Positions 46,496-55,500 of a DNA stretch of 64,000 bases are shown piece by piece. The translations under genes were made by a program, and so were the position numbers. Within the stretch, counting starts at the first letter, position 1; each line of letters begins with the position of its first letter. The DNA is taken from the IMG/VR virus record IMGVR_UViG_3300028591_000100, positions 32,001 through 96,000 of that record; one strand, written 5' to 3'. This stretch comes from a virus. Lineage: Duplodnaviria; Caudoviricetes. Under the pieces are notes generated by a model. That model was not told the origin of the DNA and ran no database searches. It saw nothing but the letters and a program-made list of their open reading frames with translations.

Positions 46496-46552
46496 TAATT
46501 CAATCGAATAATGTTGAAAAATGATAATTCAATCGAAAAATGTTGAAAAATG
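46496..46552. repeat. tandem 28-bp direct repeat (TAATTCAATCGAAWAATGTTGAAAAATG x2)
   Basis: 46496-46523 and 46525-46552, one mismatch. Confidence 0.85.
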
Positions 46553-46679
46553 GCGCACATATACGTGCATGTAGAAACCCCTAATTTGTTGTTTTAGAGG
46601 TATTTTAGCTTCACCAAGACATTTTTATTATAGGGATGCATAAACTTACATCTTTCCGTCAAAAACGTCTTAAATAGGC

Positions 46680-46707
46680 AAAAAAGAGGAGTCATGGATT
46701 CCTCTTT
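46680..46707 (-). terminator. Rho-independent terminator
   Basis: AAGAGGA/TCCTCTT stem with A-run on + side. Confidence 0.65.
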
Positions 46708-46715
46708 GTTATTTT

Positions 46716-47363
46716 TTAATTATTTTGTTTAGCTATTTGAATATATTTTTCATAAAAAGCTTCCTGAAAAATCCGAATCGGTCTTAGTCTACATGTAAGA
46801 CCACTTAAATGAATTGCAGCTAACTCAGTAATTTCTCCTTTTTGGAAATAACCAGATTGCTCACATGCTATCTTGTATAAGTTTAATTGATCAGAAACTA
46901 GCTTTAGATTTAAACTAGTGGTGGTTTTGAAGTCACAAAGGGCTTTCCGATGTGTTTCTAAATTCTCAGCTGCTAAATCAAATCTACCTGCAGCTATTGG
47001 CTGTTGCTCTTTATCATATAAGACAACAACAATTTCAGTGTAAAGGGGTTTTATCTTATAAACAGGAGCAACTATCTTAAAATAGTTACAAGTTTCTTGA
47101 GTAGATTTTTCTAAAAAAGGTTCAATATCTATACCTAGTTGCTGAAGTTCAATTAAATCTTGTATTTCTTTATGAACTTTAGTTCCATATATAGCAGCAC
47201 GCTCTACAACCTCAGGGTCTACAAATTGTAAATGGTCACCATAAGCGCGCTCAAGCAGTTGAGTGATGCTGGGCACTGTTACACCTCTTACAGTGTAAAT
47301 ATGTGACTCAGCATCAAACTCTACTTTTTCACCATTTGGTAAAGTGAAATTTTCAAAAGACAT
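46716..47363 (-). CDS. PD-(D/E)XK exonuclease-like protein
   Basis: H.Y...PSITQLL, GTKVH, AGRFD, DFKT, QLNLY. Confidence 0.8.
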   Translation of the reverse strand: MSFENFTLPNGEKVEFDAESHIYTVRGVTVPSITQLLERAYGDHLQFVDPEVVERAAIYGTKVHKEIQDLIELQQLGIDIEPFLEKSTQETCNYFKIVAPVYKIKPLYTEIVVVLYDKEQQPIAAGRFDLAAENLETHRKALCDFKTTTSLNLKLVSDQLNLYKIACEQSGYFQKGEITELAAIHLSGLTCRLRPIRIFQEAFYEKYIQIAKQNN

Positions 47364-47364
47364 A

Positions 47365-47793
47365 TTAGAAATCTATATCTTTATAGTCTGCTGCAACAGT
47401 CTTGTCTTCAGCTTCTTTCTTCTTACGTGGAGTAACTCTTAGTGAGCCAGATACATTGCTAGTCTTAACATACTTAGCATATAACTCAGGATTGTCTTCT
47501 TTAAGCTTCTTTGAATCAAAAGAAGTCTTAGTAGATGGAGCCACATAAGTAAAAGTGTAGTCTTCGGAACGAATTGAAGATTCACCTTTTTCTTCATAAT
47601 CAGCTTCAATAATTTTTTGAATACCTGCATTAACTGCCTTCTTAATAGTAGTTAAGTAGTCAATAAGATTGTCTAAACTTTGATATTTCTTTGAGAAGTC
47701 TTCAGATTTAATAAGTTCTGCGGTTACAACCACATGGTCTAATTCAGACGCTAAAACAACTTGGTTAACATTTTGTTCTTGAATATTTGACAT
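47365..47793 (-). CDS. hypothetical protein (FDSKKLKEDNPELYAKY motif), C-terminal DIDF
   Basis: GAGGTG SD; motif recalled from phage recombination modules. Confidence 0.7.
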   Translation of the reverse strand: MSNIQEQNVNQVVLASELDHVVVTAELIKSEDFSKKYQSLDNLIDYLTTIKKAVNAGIQKIIEADYEEKGESSIRSEDYTFTYVAPSTKTSFDSKKLKEDNPELYAKYVKTSNVSGSLRVTPRKKKEAEDKTVAADYKDIDF

Positions 47794-47811
47794 AATAATC
47801 ACCTCAGTAGA

Positions 47812-48831
47812 CTAAAAGTCCATGTCGTCTGCAAACTCTTTCTTTACTTCTTTTTTAGGAGTTTCCTTTTTCTTATCGTTTTCAGATGCTCTCTTACCAT
47901 TTTCAATAGCTTTAGTTTCTCTCTTAACCATACCAGCCTTAGCAGCTTCTAATGTGATACAGTTTTCATCGCCTTGCTTAATAGGTCTCTTAGAGCAACC
48001 CTTAATAACTCTTTCTCTTGTGAAGATAGTTCTATATTGAGGACCTCTTTGTTCACCAATAAACTCATCGTCATCATCGTCGTCAGTTTCTGTTTCAACT
48101 TTCTTGTCCATATTAACTAAATCACCCTTAAGAGTAACAGTATCACCTTTTGAATAGTTTTCAAGAATGAAAGCAGCAAGTTCAATAGTTTTTACTTCTT
48201 CATTAATTTCAACTTGAACTTCCTTTGGAGCGATGAAATCAATGCAATAAACAGAATCATCATAAACAGGAAGTAAACCTGTAAGAATAGCTCTACCTGT
48301 TTCTGTTCCTTCTTCATCATCCTCGTCTTCATAAACGATTTCAGGTTCAAGTTTATAAACAAAAACGTCTACTGAGAAGTTTGCATGTGGATTAAAAGTA
48401 TCTTCAACTCCTTTAATACCTGCTCTGAAACCTTTGATTAAAATCATATTCTTACTTCTACCTTCAACCTTAGATACAAATTCTTCGAATCGTGCTGCAG
48501 CCCATACCTTAGTTGCGTTTGCAGCAGCTTCTGCATAGTCAGCACCTGGATTGTTCTTTAAATAAGAAGCAATAGATGTAGTGTTATCTGGTAATAAAGC
48601 ACTTAACTTATCAAACTCTTCGTTTGCTTCACCGTCTTTAGTTGTAGATGGCACATAGTATTGCACCTTATAATTACTAGATTCATCAGTTGCAATAATA
48701 ATAGAGCCTCTGATTACCTCACCCTTGTCCTTAACATCAACCTTTTCTAAGTTATTTTCCTTTAGATAACCTGTAATGCTAACTGAATTTTGTTTCTTCT
48801 TCTTTTCTGTGTTCTTTGTTTTTTCTGCCAT
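47812..48831 (-). CDS. probable single-stranded DNA-binding protein
   Basis: N-terminal NSVSITGYLKE OB-type start, acidic composition, C-terminal DDMDF tail; AGGAG SD before ATG 48831. Confidence 0.65.
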   Translation of the reverse strand: MAEKTKNTEKKKKQNSVSITGYLKENNLEKVDVKDKGEVIRGSIIIATDESSNYKVQYYVPSTTKDGEANEEFDKLSALLPDNTTSIASYLKNNPGADYAEAAANATKVWAAARFEEFVSKVEGRSKNMILIKGFRAGIKGVEDTFNPHANFSVDVFVYKLEPEIVYEDEDDEEGTETGRAILTGLLPVYDDSVYCIDFIAPKEVQVEINEEVKTIELAAFILENYSKGDTVTLKGDLVNMDKKVETETDDDDDDEFIGEQRGPQYRTIFTRERVIKGCSKRPIKQGDENCITLEAAKAGMVKRETKAIENGKRASENDKKKETPKKEVKKEFADDMDF

Positions 48832-48905
48832 GTTCGTAAAATCTCCTTTTCGTTTCGTAAAAATTTTTTTGAAGGCAATAGCATAGCACACTGTTGCTTT
48901 CTAGT

Positions 48906-48936
48906 TACATTATAGCAGAATAAAATTTTTTGTCAA
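48906..48936 (-). promoter_or_regulatory. phage conserved promoter (TTGACA-N16-TATAAT)
   Basis: matches the 10-copy motif. Confidence 0.8.
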
Positions 48937-48954
48937 CACTAAAAATATAAAATT

Positions 48955-48982
48955 AAAAAAAAGACGAGGTAAAACCCCGTCT
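48955..48982 (-). terminator. Rho-independent terminator closing the fibre/radical SAM operon
   Basis: - strand AGACGGGG-TTTTA-CCTCGTCT (one G-U) followed by a T-run. Confidence 0.75.
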
Positions 48983-48990
48983 GCTTGAAC

Positions 48991-49449
48991 TCATCGTTCA
49001 AAACTTTTAATGATTTCCTCTAAATTATAGTTAGGGTCATCAATTAATATTAAATTAATATCGTTTTCTTTTGCAATTTCTGTGGCTCTAGTGACAATAG
49101 TGTCAAAATTATTAATAACCCAGTTAATAGTTCTTAAAGACCAATTTCTTTCTGTATCGTTTAATCGTTGATTTATTTTATCTAAGCAATAATCTTTAAG
49201 ACTAAGATCGTAAGCTATCATAAGATAATTTTGTGCTCGCTCTTTTAGGTATTGATGTATATGCTCATTAAAAGACACCATGACCACATATCCTCTGCGT
49301 TCTAAATACAGCGCTATTTTGCAATACGTATAAATCCAATTAGGGTTAGTTTTTATATCATTAAATAATCCTGAATCTAAATCTATGACATTATGATTAC
49401 TTTTTGACAATGTTGTTTTACCAATGGTAGGCATTGCGCTAACTATCAT
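48991..49449 (-). CDS. small P-loop NTPase/kinase-like protein
   Basis: IVSAMPTIGKTT Walker A, IDLDS; ATGA overlap with upstream gene. Confidence 0.7.
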   Translation of the reverse strand: MIVSAMPTIGKTTLSKSNHNVIDLDSGLFNDIKTNPNWIYTYCKIALYLERRGYVVMVSFNEHIHQYLKERAQNYLMIAYDLSLKDYCLDKINQRLNDTERNWSLRTINWVINNFDTIVTRATEIAKENDINLILIDDPNYNLEEIIKSFER

Positions 49450-50513
49450 AACTCATCCTCTTTAAGAATATTTTTACATTTCTCTTTGCCCCAATAGTCA
49501 AGTATGTTTTGAGCCTCTGGAATTACATCCTCGTACTCTTCGTAAAAATTGTAGGAACTATGATTGTACTTCTCAAACAATTTTTGCGTAGTTATTAGTG
49601 GCAAGTTTGCTAGCTCAGGGGCTAGTAACATAAGCATCACCGCTCTAAATACTCTTTCACTTGGGAGTTTAATTTGTAAAAACAAATCATCAGCAAAAGG
49701 TCTTAATTGAGCACTCCATCGCGTGGAATGTTGAATATAAGCAAATAAATGTTCAGGGTTATTTATATAAGCTGAGCCAAAAGTCTCACAAGGATATCGT
49801 CCACATAATGTTTTTAATCCATTACGAACACCAACGTGATTAGGGCAACTCAATGTGTTAGCCACCGCTAAAGCACACCCTAAGTCTGCCTGACTTAGTT
49901 CAATATGATTTTTACCGTCATTTTTAATATCAGCAAGGTAGAATTGATCGCCCTGATAAACACCCTTCCATAAACTACTTAAAACACGAGTATCTAAACC
50001 ACCACTTATTGTAGGAATAAACAAGTCTTTATCAACATAGTTTTTAACTAATCGCTTATATTTAAGAAGAAGATTATGTAATAAATCATATGCGTCTTTT
50101 AACTCAGTTGAGAATAATTGCAGTGGATAATCTTCCTTTTCAAAGGTTCCATCTTTATGTACAACCACCCTTTTCCAATTTTCTATAAATTGAACATGCT
50201 TATACCAATAATCTCCTTTAACACTTTTAGCCCAATGACAATAGGGCTCTTCTAACTCGTTTTTAATATAATCATTTGGAAAATGGTTTTGAATAAATTC
50301 TTGAATATTATCTCTATCTAAATCAAATACAAATTTGTTTTCAATAACACAATATGCGATTCTAGGGCAAGCAAAAAAATCAGTTGTAAAAACTATGTCC
50401 TCACCAACTCTCTCCCAACGATACATAGAGCCATTGGCTTCAATATTCTCAAAAAACAAACCCTCATCCAAATTAAAAGTTTCATCTGTTATATATTTTT
50501 CAAACGTTCGCAT
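49446..50513 (-). CDS. miniature asparagine-synthetase/lasso-cyclase-like PP-loop ATP pyrophosphatase (paralog 2)
   Basis: DFFACPRIAY (cf. AsnB DxxGxxPLYY), ISGGLDTR PP-loop, TLCG, RPFAD. Confidence 0.6.
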   Translation of the reverse strand: MRTFEKYITDETFNLDEGLFFENIEANGSMYRWERVGEDIVFTTDFFACPRIAYCVIENKFVFDLDRDNIQEFIQNHFPNDYIKNELEEPYCHWAKSVKGDYWYKHVQFIENWKRVVVHKDGTFEKEDYPLQLFSTELKDAYDLLHNLLLKYKRLVKNYVDKDLFIPTISGGLDTRVLSSLWKGVYQGDQFYLADIKNDGKNHIELSQADLGCALAVANTLSCPNHVGVRNGLKTLCGRYPCETFGSAYINNPEHLFAYIQHSTRWSAQLRPFADDLFLQIKLPSERVFRAVMLMLLAPELANLPLITTQKLFEKYNHSSYNFYEEYEDVIPEAQNILDYWGKEKCKNILKEDEL

Positions 50514-51535
50514 TTTTCCTCACCCCAGTATTTTATAATTTCTTTAGCATCGCTTATAACATCTTTATATTCATCAAAAAAACTATAAGGACCGTAGTTA
50601 TATTTTTCAAACAATTTCTGAGTCCCTATACATTCTATATCTAACATATCTGATGCAAACAACAGCATCATTAAACATCTAAATACGCCTTTTTTGGGCT
50701 GTTTTATCTGCAAAAATAGGTCATCAGCAAAAGGCAACAATAAAGTATTTCCTCTAATTTGATGTTGAATAAATTTGTAAATAAACCTATCATCGTTAAC
50801 ATCCATATTATACATACCACGAGTTGATTCAGTATACATGCCAGATAAAGTTATTCTACATTGTCTGTCACTAGTGTGTTTAGTTAAATTAAATTTTTTA
50901 GCAACTTTCAATGCAACCTGTAAATCCGCCCAGCCTAGATCAACTCTATTATTATTATCCTGTTTAACTTCTCGTATGTAAAAATCATTACCCTTGTATA
51001 TGTTTTTCCACAACACAGTTAAACATCTTGTATCTAAACCACCCGTAATAGTTGGGATAAAATTATTTTGTTGTGTAAGTAATTCGACGCCACGTTTATA
51101 TTTAACTAATAAATTATAAAGATTATCATATGCGTCTTTTAATGGAACTGAATAGGGCTTTAATGGATAATCTCTCTTATCAAAAGACCCATCAGGATAA
51201 ACTATCACCTGCGACCAATTTTCTATAAAGCTCACATGTTTCAGCTCATAGTCTTTTTTTACTGACTGTTTAAATTGGGAATATGGTTCTTCTGAAACTG
51301 CTTGAACGGTGTCATTTGGGTAGTGTTTATTTATAAAACTTACTATTCCATTACTTCCTAAATCAAAAATAAAATCATCATCAAAATTACTATAAGCAAT
51401 TCTAGGGGCAGCGACGTAGTTGCATTCAAATACAACTACGTCGTTTACTTTATACCATTTTACATAGTCACCTAGTATATTTTTGACTTCATACATATCA
51501 CCATTTAATGTTTTGTTTGTTATGTATGCTATCAT
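50489..51535 (-). CDS. miniature asparagine-synthetase/lasso-cyclase-like PP-loop ATP pyrophosphatase (paralog 1)
   Basis: PRIAY, ITGGLDTR, TLSG, PFAD; AGGAGG SD before ATG 51535, which overlaps the radical SAM stop. Confidence 0.6.
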   Translation of the reverse strand: MIAYITNKTLNGDMYEVKNILGDYVKWYKVNDVVVFECNYVAAPRIAYSNFDDDFIFDLGSNGIVSFINKHYPNDTVQAVSEEPYSQFKQSVKKDYELKHVSFIENWSQVIVYPDGSFDKRDYPLKPYSVPLKDAYDNLYNLLVKYKRGVELLTQQNNFIPTITGGLDTRCLTVLWKNIYKGNDFYIREVKQDNNNRVDLGWADLQVALKVAKKFNLTKHTSDRQCRITLSGMYTESTRGMYNMDVNDDRFIYKFIQHQIRGNTLLLPFADDLFLQIKQPKKGVFRCLMMLLFASDMLDIECIGTQKLFEKYNYGPYSFFDEYKDVISDAKEIIKYWGEEKCERLKNI

Positions 51536-52488
51536 TTTAGCAAAACCTCCTTTTCTTGACTGATGCTTATTTGACCACAAAGAGTGCAAACAGAATTTAC
51601 ACAAACAGCAGGAGATTTTAAAGGATGAAAATCTTTTAAGTTGTTTGTGGACCTACAAGTAGAGGTTTCATCTGCTCGCCCTAAATGTTTATCTATCTCA
51701 ATATATACATAATCATAGTCTCGAGAGCAATAATAACCACATGGTTCAACAGTAGTTTTATCACTATCTAAGTTGGAGGTTAAAAACTCATTTCGTGTTT
51801 TATACATTTTTATATACCCCTCATCATCAATCACCTTATATCTGTCTTTTTTAGTACTACTAGATTCACATATTAGTTTTTCTTTATCATCGATGCTAGC
51901 AAACATATCTCTCTCAATAAAATAAGAGAAACCAGCCGCCCTACATCGTTCTATTAGTGTTCGAATTTCTGGTTGATTGTTTATTAAAGAAACAGCCTCT
52001 ACTCTAATACCCTTTTGGTTTGTGGGTGATTTGATTTGACTAAATTTGGCTAAAAAATCATCCATAGAACAAAACTGATAATGCCATGAACATGTAATGC
52101 CTATCTCAGAGTTGTACTGATAGCACAACTCTGTTAGGTCATTATAGTAATCTGCTGATTGACTCATATTGGTAGTTAAATTAATACGCTTTAATTTTTC
52201 TCCACATATTTTAAATAATTCTTCTAAAATATAATGAAGATTAAAAATTGTGCACTCACCACCGATTAAATCAAGTTTAACGAAACCAGGTAACTCTTTA
52301 ATTATTCTAGCCACTTCAGGAATAGTTTTTACTATTCTATCCCAATTTTCGCTCATAGATTTTTTATTATCAATAGACACTGTTTTTTTTCTAATACAAT
52401 AGCTACACTGATAATTACACAAATCAGTCAACCTCCACTTAATAGTAGAAGCACACATCCCATTTAAACTAATTATACTTTTATACAT
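51532..52488 (-). CDS. radical SAM enzyme with C-terminal Cys cluster (twitch/SPASM-like)
   Basis: CNYQCSYC, GGE, TTN, SWH; C-terminal C...C...CVNSVCTLC. Confidence 0.85.
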   Translation of the reverse strand: MYKSIISLNGMCASTIKWRLTDLCNYQCSYCIRKKTVSIDNKKSMSENWDRIVKTIPEVARIIKELPGFVKLDLIGGECTIFNLHYILEELFKICGEKLKRINLTTNMSQSADYYNDLTELCYQYNSEIGITCSWHYQFCSMDDFLAKFSQIKSPTNQKGIRVEAVSLINNQPEIRTLIERCRAAGFSYFIERDMFASIDDKEKLICESSSTKKDRYKVIDDEGYIKMYKTRNEFLTSNLDSDKTTVEPCGYYCSRDYDYVYIEIDKHLGRADETSTCRSTNNLKDFHPLKSPAVCVNSVCTLCGQISISQEKEVLLK

Positions 52489-52505
52489 AAAAACACCTTC
52501 TGTTA

Positions 52506-55500
52506 TTAATCGCTAAAACAAGCATAGGTTTTACCACTAACTGGAGTAATAGTAACAGAGTCCACATTATCAGATCCGATTGCCCATCCAATATCTTCCG
52601 ACCACTCATCTCCTATACAACTTGAAGTCATTACTCCTTGACTCAACCATCCATCATGACTACTACCTCCTGAAGCGTACATGCATTTAACAGTCATTTG
52701 TCCTTTTCCAGTAATAGTTAATCGCTGATTTCGTCCTGTTATAACGGCATTTTGTGCCACACCTGATGTGTCAGTATAATTAAAACTCATATATGAATAC
52801 CCATTTGAAAGAACAGGGTAATACTGTCCTCCCATTAAAGCTATAGTCCAAGAAGTAGCTGCATAGGTTACATTAACTGTTTTAGGTGAGCTTGAGCTGT
52901 CTCCAAAACTAAATGTTGCAGGACTAATAGTAAAACCAGTTGCATTGACGACAAGTGCGCCTGCTGATCGATATGAATAAGGGCATATTACCAAACGGTT
53001 ACTTGAAGATGCAACACTTGCGCCCGTGCTAGTATTTTTAATTGTGGTAGGTAGATTAATACCTGAAATATAAGCCGCAGAAGAGTTTGTTTGAGTTACA
53101 GCTAGCCTGTGGTTATCATTATCGGTACCTAAGTAAGAAAATTCTACTCTATGATAAGCGTTTCCGCTTCCAAGCCAGTTTCCTGTTAAACTATCAGTAA
53201 ACACATTTATTGTAGGTGGACCCCACGCTGTATAGCCTGTAATTATTCGGTCATCTGCTGGATAGCCATAAGGATAGTAACCATTAGCTAATTTACCATA
53301 AGAAGTGACTGTTCCTGCGCTAGGAGCATAAACTTCTTTACTCATAACAGTTAAACTATAATTAAGAGTTCCCTTAGAATAGTATTTAGTAAAATCAGAT
53401 GTTGTAGTAGAGATACTTTCTACTGTTCCATTTGGATAGGTAATAGTTCCACTATAAGGCATACCGTTAAATGAAGTTGAAAGAGAATAGTATGCAGTAG
53501 TTGTAGTAGACATAGTTTTACCAGCTGTTATGTTACTATATGTGAATTTATACACTGAAAAAACATTGCTGTTGTTAACAGTTACAGGTGGAGCTGCCTC
53601 TGCAACTGTTGCACTTGATGCAGAATAACTTGAAATGTAATACCAACTATTTGATGTAACATAAATTTCAGGACTAGAATTATATAAAACTGAATATGCA
53701 GTACCACTTGTCATGGCTGAGCCGTTTAAAGTTGCAGTTGCATTTGTACCCGTCCATTTTACAGTAGGGTTTGGTGTAAGTGAATATGTACTACCACCTG
53801 TAGGACCCGCAACATCCCAAAAATCTACACGATAAATTGCTCCTGTGTCATATTGAGTTCCACCTGTACAATATTCTGTTGAATAATATCCTGCAGCGGC
53901 AACTGCGAATACATAAACTCTAGTGCCACCTGGGTATGTAGTTCCGCTTGGGCTACCACTAGTTGCAAAACCATCAGTTGACAAGAAGATAGAAGATACA
54001 CCTGTACCAGCTGTAACTGTAACGGCACCAGACTTTGGAATTTCATTAACTTGAACAGAAAAACCACATCCATCAGTAACAATACTTTCGCCCGTATCAT
54101 TGCTAATGTAATCAAAACTGTAAGTATAATGAGAATCCCCTGAACTAGTAACCCAAGTATACGTTGTTGAACCAATGGTTACTCTATTACCAGAAACAGA
54201 TACAGGGTCTCCATAGTGCGCTGTAATCTCAATATAGCCCTCGTTATATCCTTGCCAATATCCGTAAGAACCACTTAAATAAACAGTAATCTCACGACCC
54301 ACTCTAGATACAAGTAGTGCAATTGTAGTGTTGCCTGTTATTTGTCCACCATCGGTAATACCACTTATGCCGTTGAAACTATAAGAGTAATTACCATCAT
54401 CTTGTGGTAAGTATCCTTCAAAATCCGCAGTGTCTGTCCTGTCGTAACCACTATTATAATAATACATGACCTCATTAAGTCTAAAAGTAATATCACTAAC
54501 AGAGACTGAAGTGCCATAGTATGCTCTCATAGTCCACTCATCATTAGGGAATCCAATACCTCCTAATGTTTGGTTTATCCAAGGGGAGATACCTTGTGCA
54601 CTGTAGTCAGATAAATATTGAGCAGTAACTGTAATAGCATAATCTCGCAAAGTCTCGTCAAATTGAGCCGTTCTTGTTACGTTACTTGTAACATAAGAAC
54701 TTGAACCTGACCAAGATCTAAATGTATAAGTATACTGAGCGGTTGTAGGTCTTGTAGGTGTAGAACCACCATATGATGCAGAACCACCATAAGGAACATT
54801 CGAATCTGTTTCTAATGTTGTGCCATCCCAGTTCTTCCATGTAACAGTATATGTGTTTCGTGCAGCTGTTGTGTGGCTTGTTACGCTAGACCATACATCT
54901 TGATACTCTGTTGTATCAGAACGGGAGAAGACAAATGAGGCTGTAACATTACCACTAACACCATTAGTTCCTGTGTAGTTGTCATTACTCTTAGAATCAA
55001 CGTGCTTTGTACGAGTAGCTTGTCTATATGCACTACAATAATATGTAGTTGAGAATGATAAACCAGATTTTGTCTTAGTTCCACCTGCAGCAGTAGAGCC
55101 TAAAGAGGTACCGCCAGCGGCATTACTAGTATTATAATATAAAGTAACTGTACTACTATCATTATTTTTTACAGTAATATTACCTGTAGTTGAAGCACCC
55201 GTAGAAGTAACAGTTGGAGCAGTTACTGAACTAACACTCCAAGATGTGTAGCTAGTACCATTACCACTTGATGTACCACTTAATACGTCGTTTTGATAAA
55301 TTGTTGCTCCATTAGATAATACACCTGTTCCTTGACCAGATTCAGTATATGTTCTGCTAACAGAATATGTACCATAACTACTATTTGTAACATTAATAGT
55401 TAATGTGTATTGTCCTAAAGCAGAGGCAACTAATCCAACGCTTGCGTTAGAAGTGCTTGTGGCCTCTACCGAATCGGTATAATATACACCAGTATAATAA

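Noticed and set aside
46496-46552. CRISPR mini-array (given the Cas4-like nuclease nearby)
   Set aside because: Only two repeats separated by 1 nt, with no spacer; the nuclease sits in a replication operon.
49446-51535. Canonical lasso peptide cluster
   Set aside because: No B1/RRE, B2 transglutaminase-like peptidase or short precursor ORF seen adjacent; the genes are tightly overlapped with no room for one.
49446-52488. 7-deazaguanine pathway (QueC SGGLDS + QueE radical SAM)
   Set aside because: The PP-loop lies ~165 aa into the proteins behind an AsnB-like N-region, whereas QueC has it at the N-terminus plus a C-terminal Zn-Cys cluster that is absent here. No FolE, QueD or DpdA is visible in the window.
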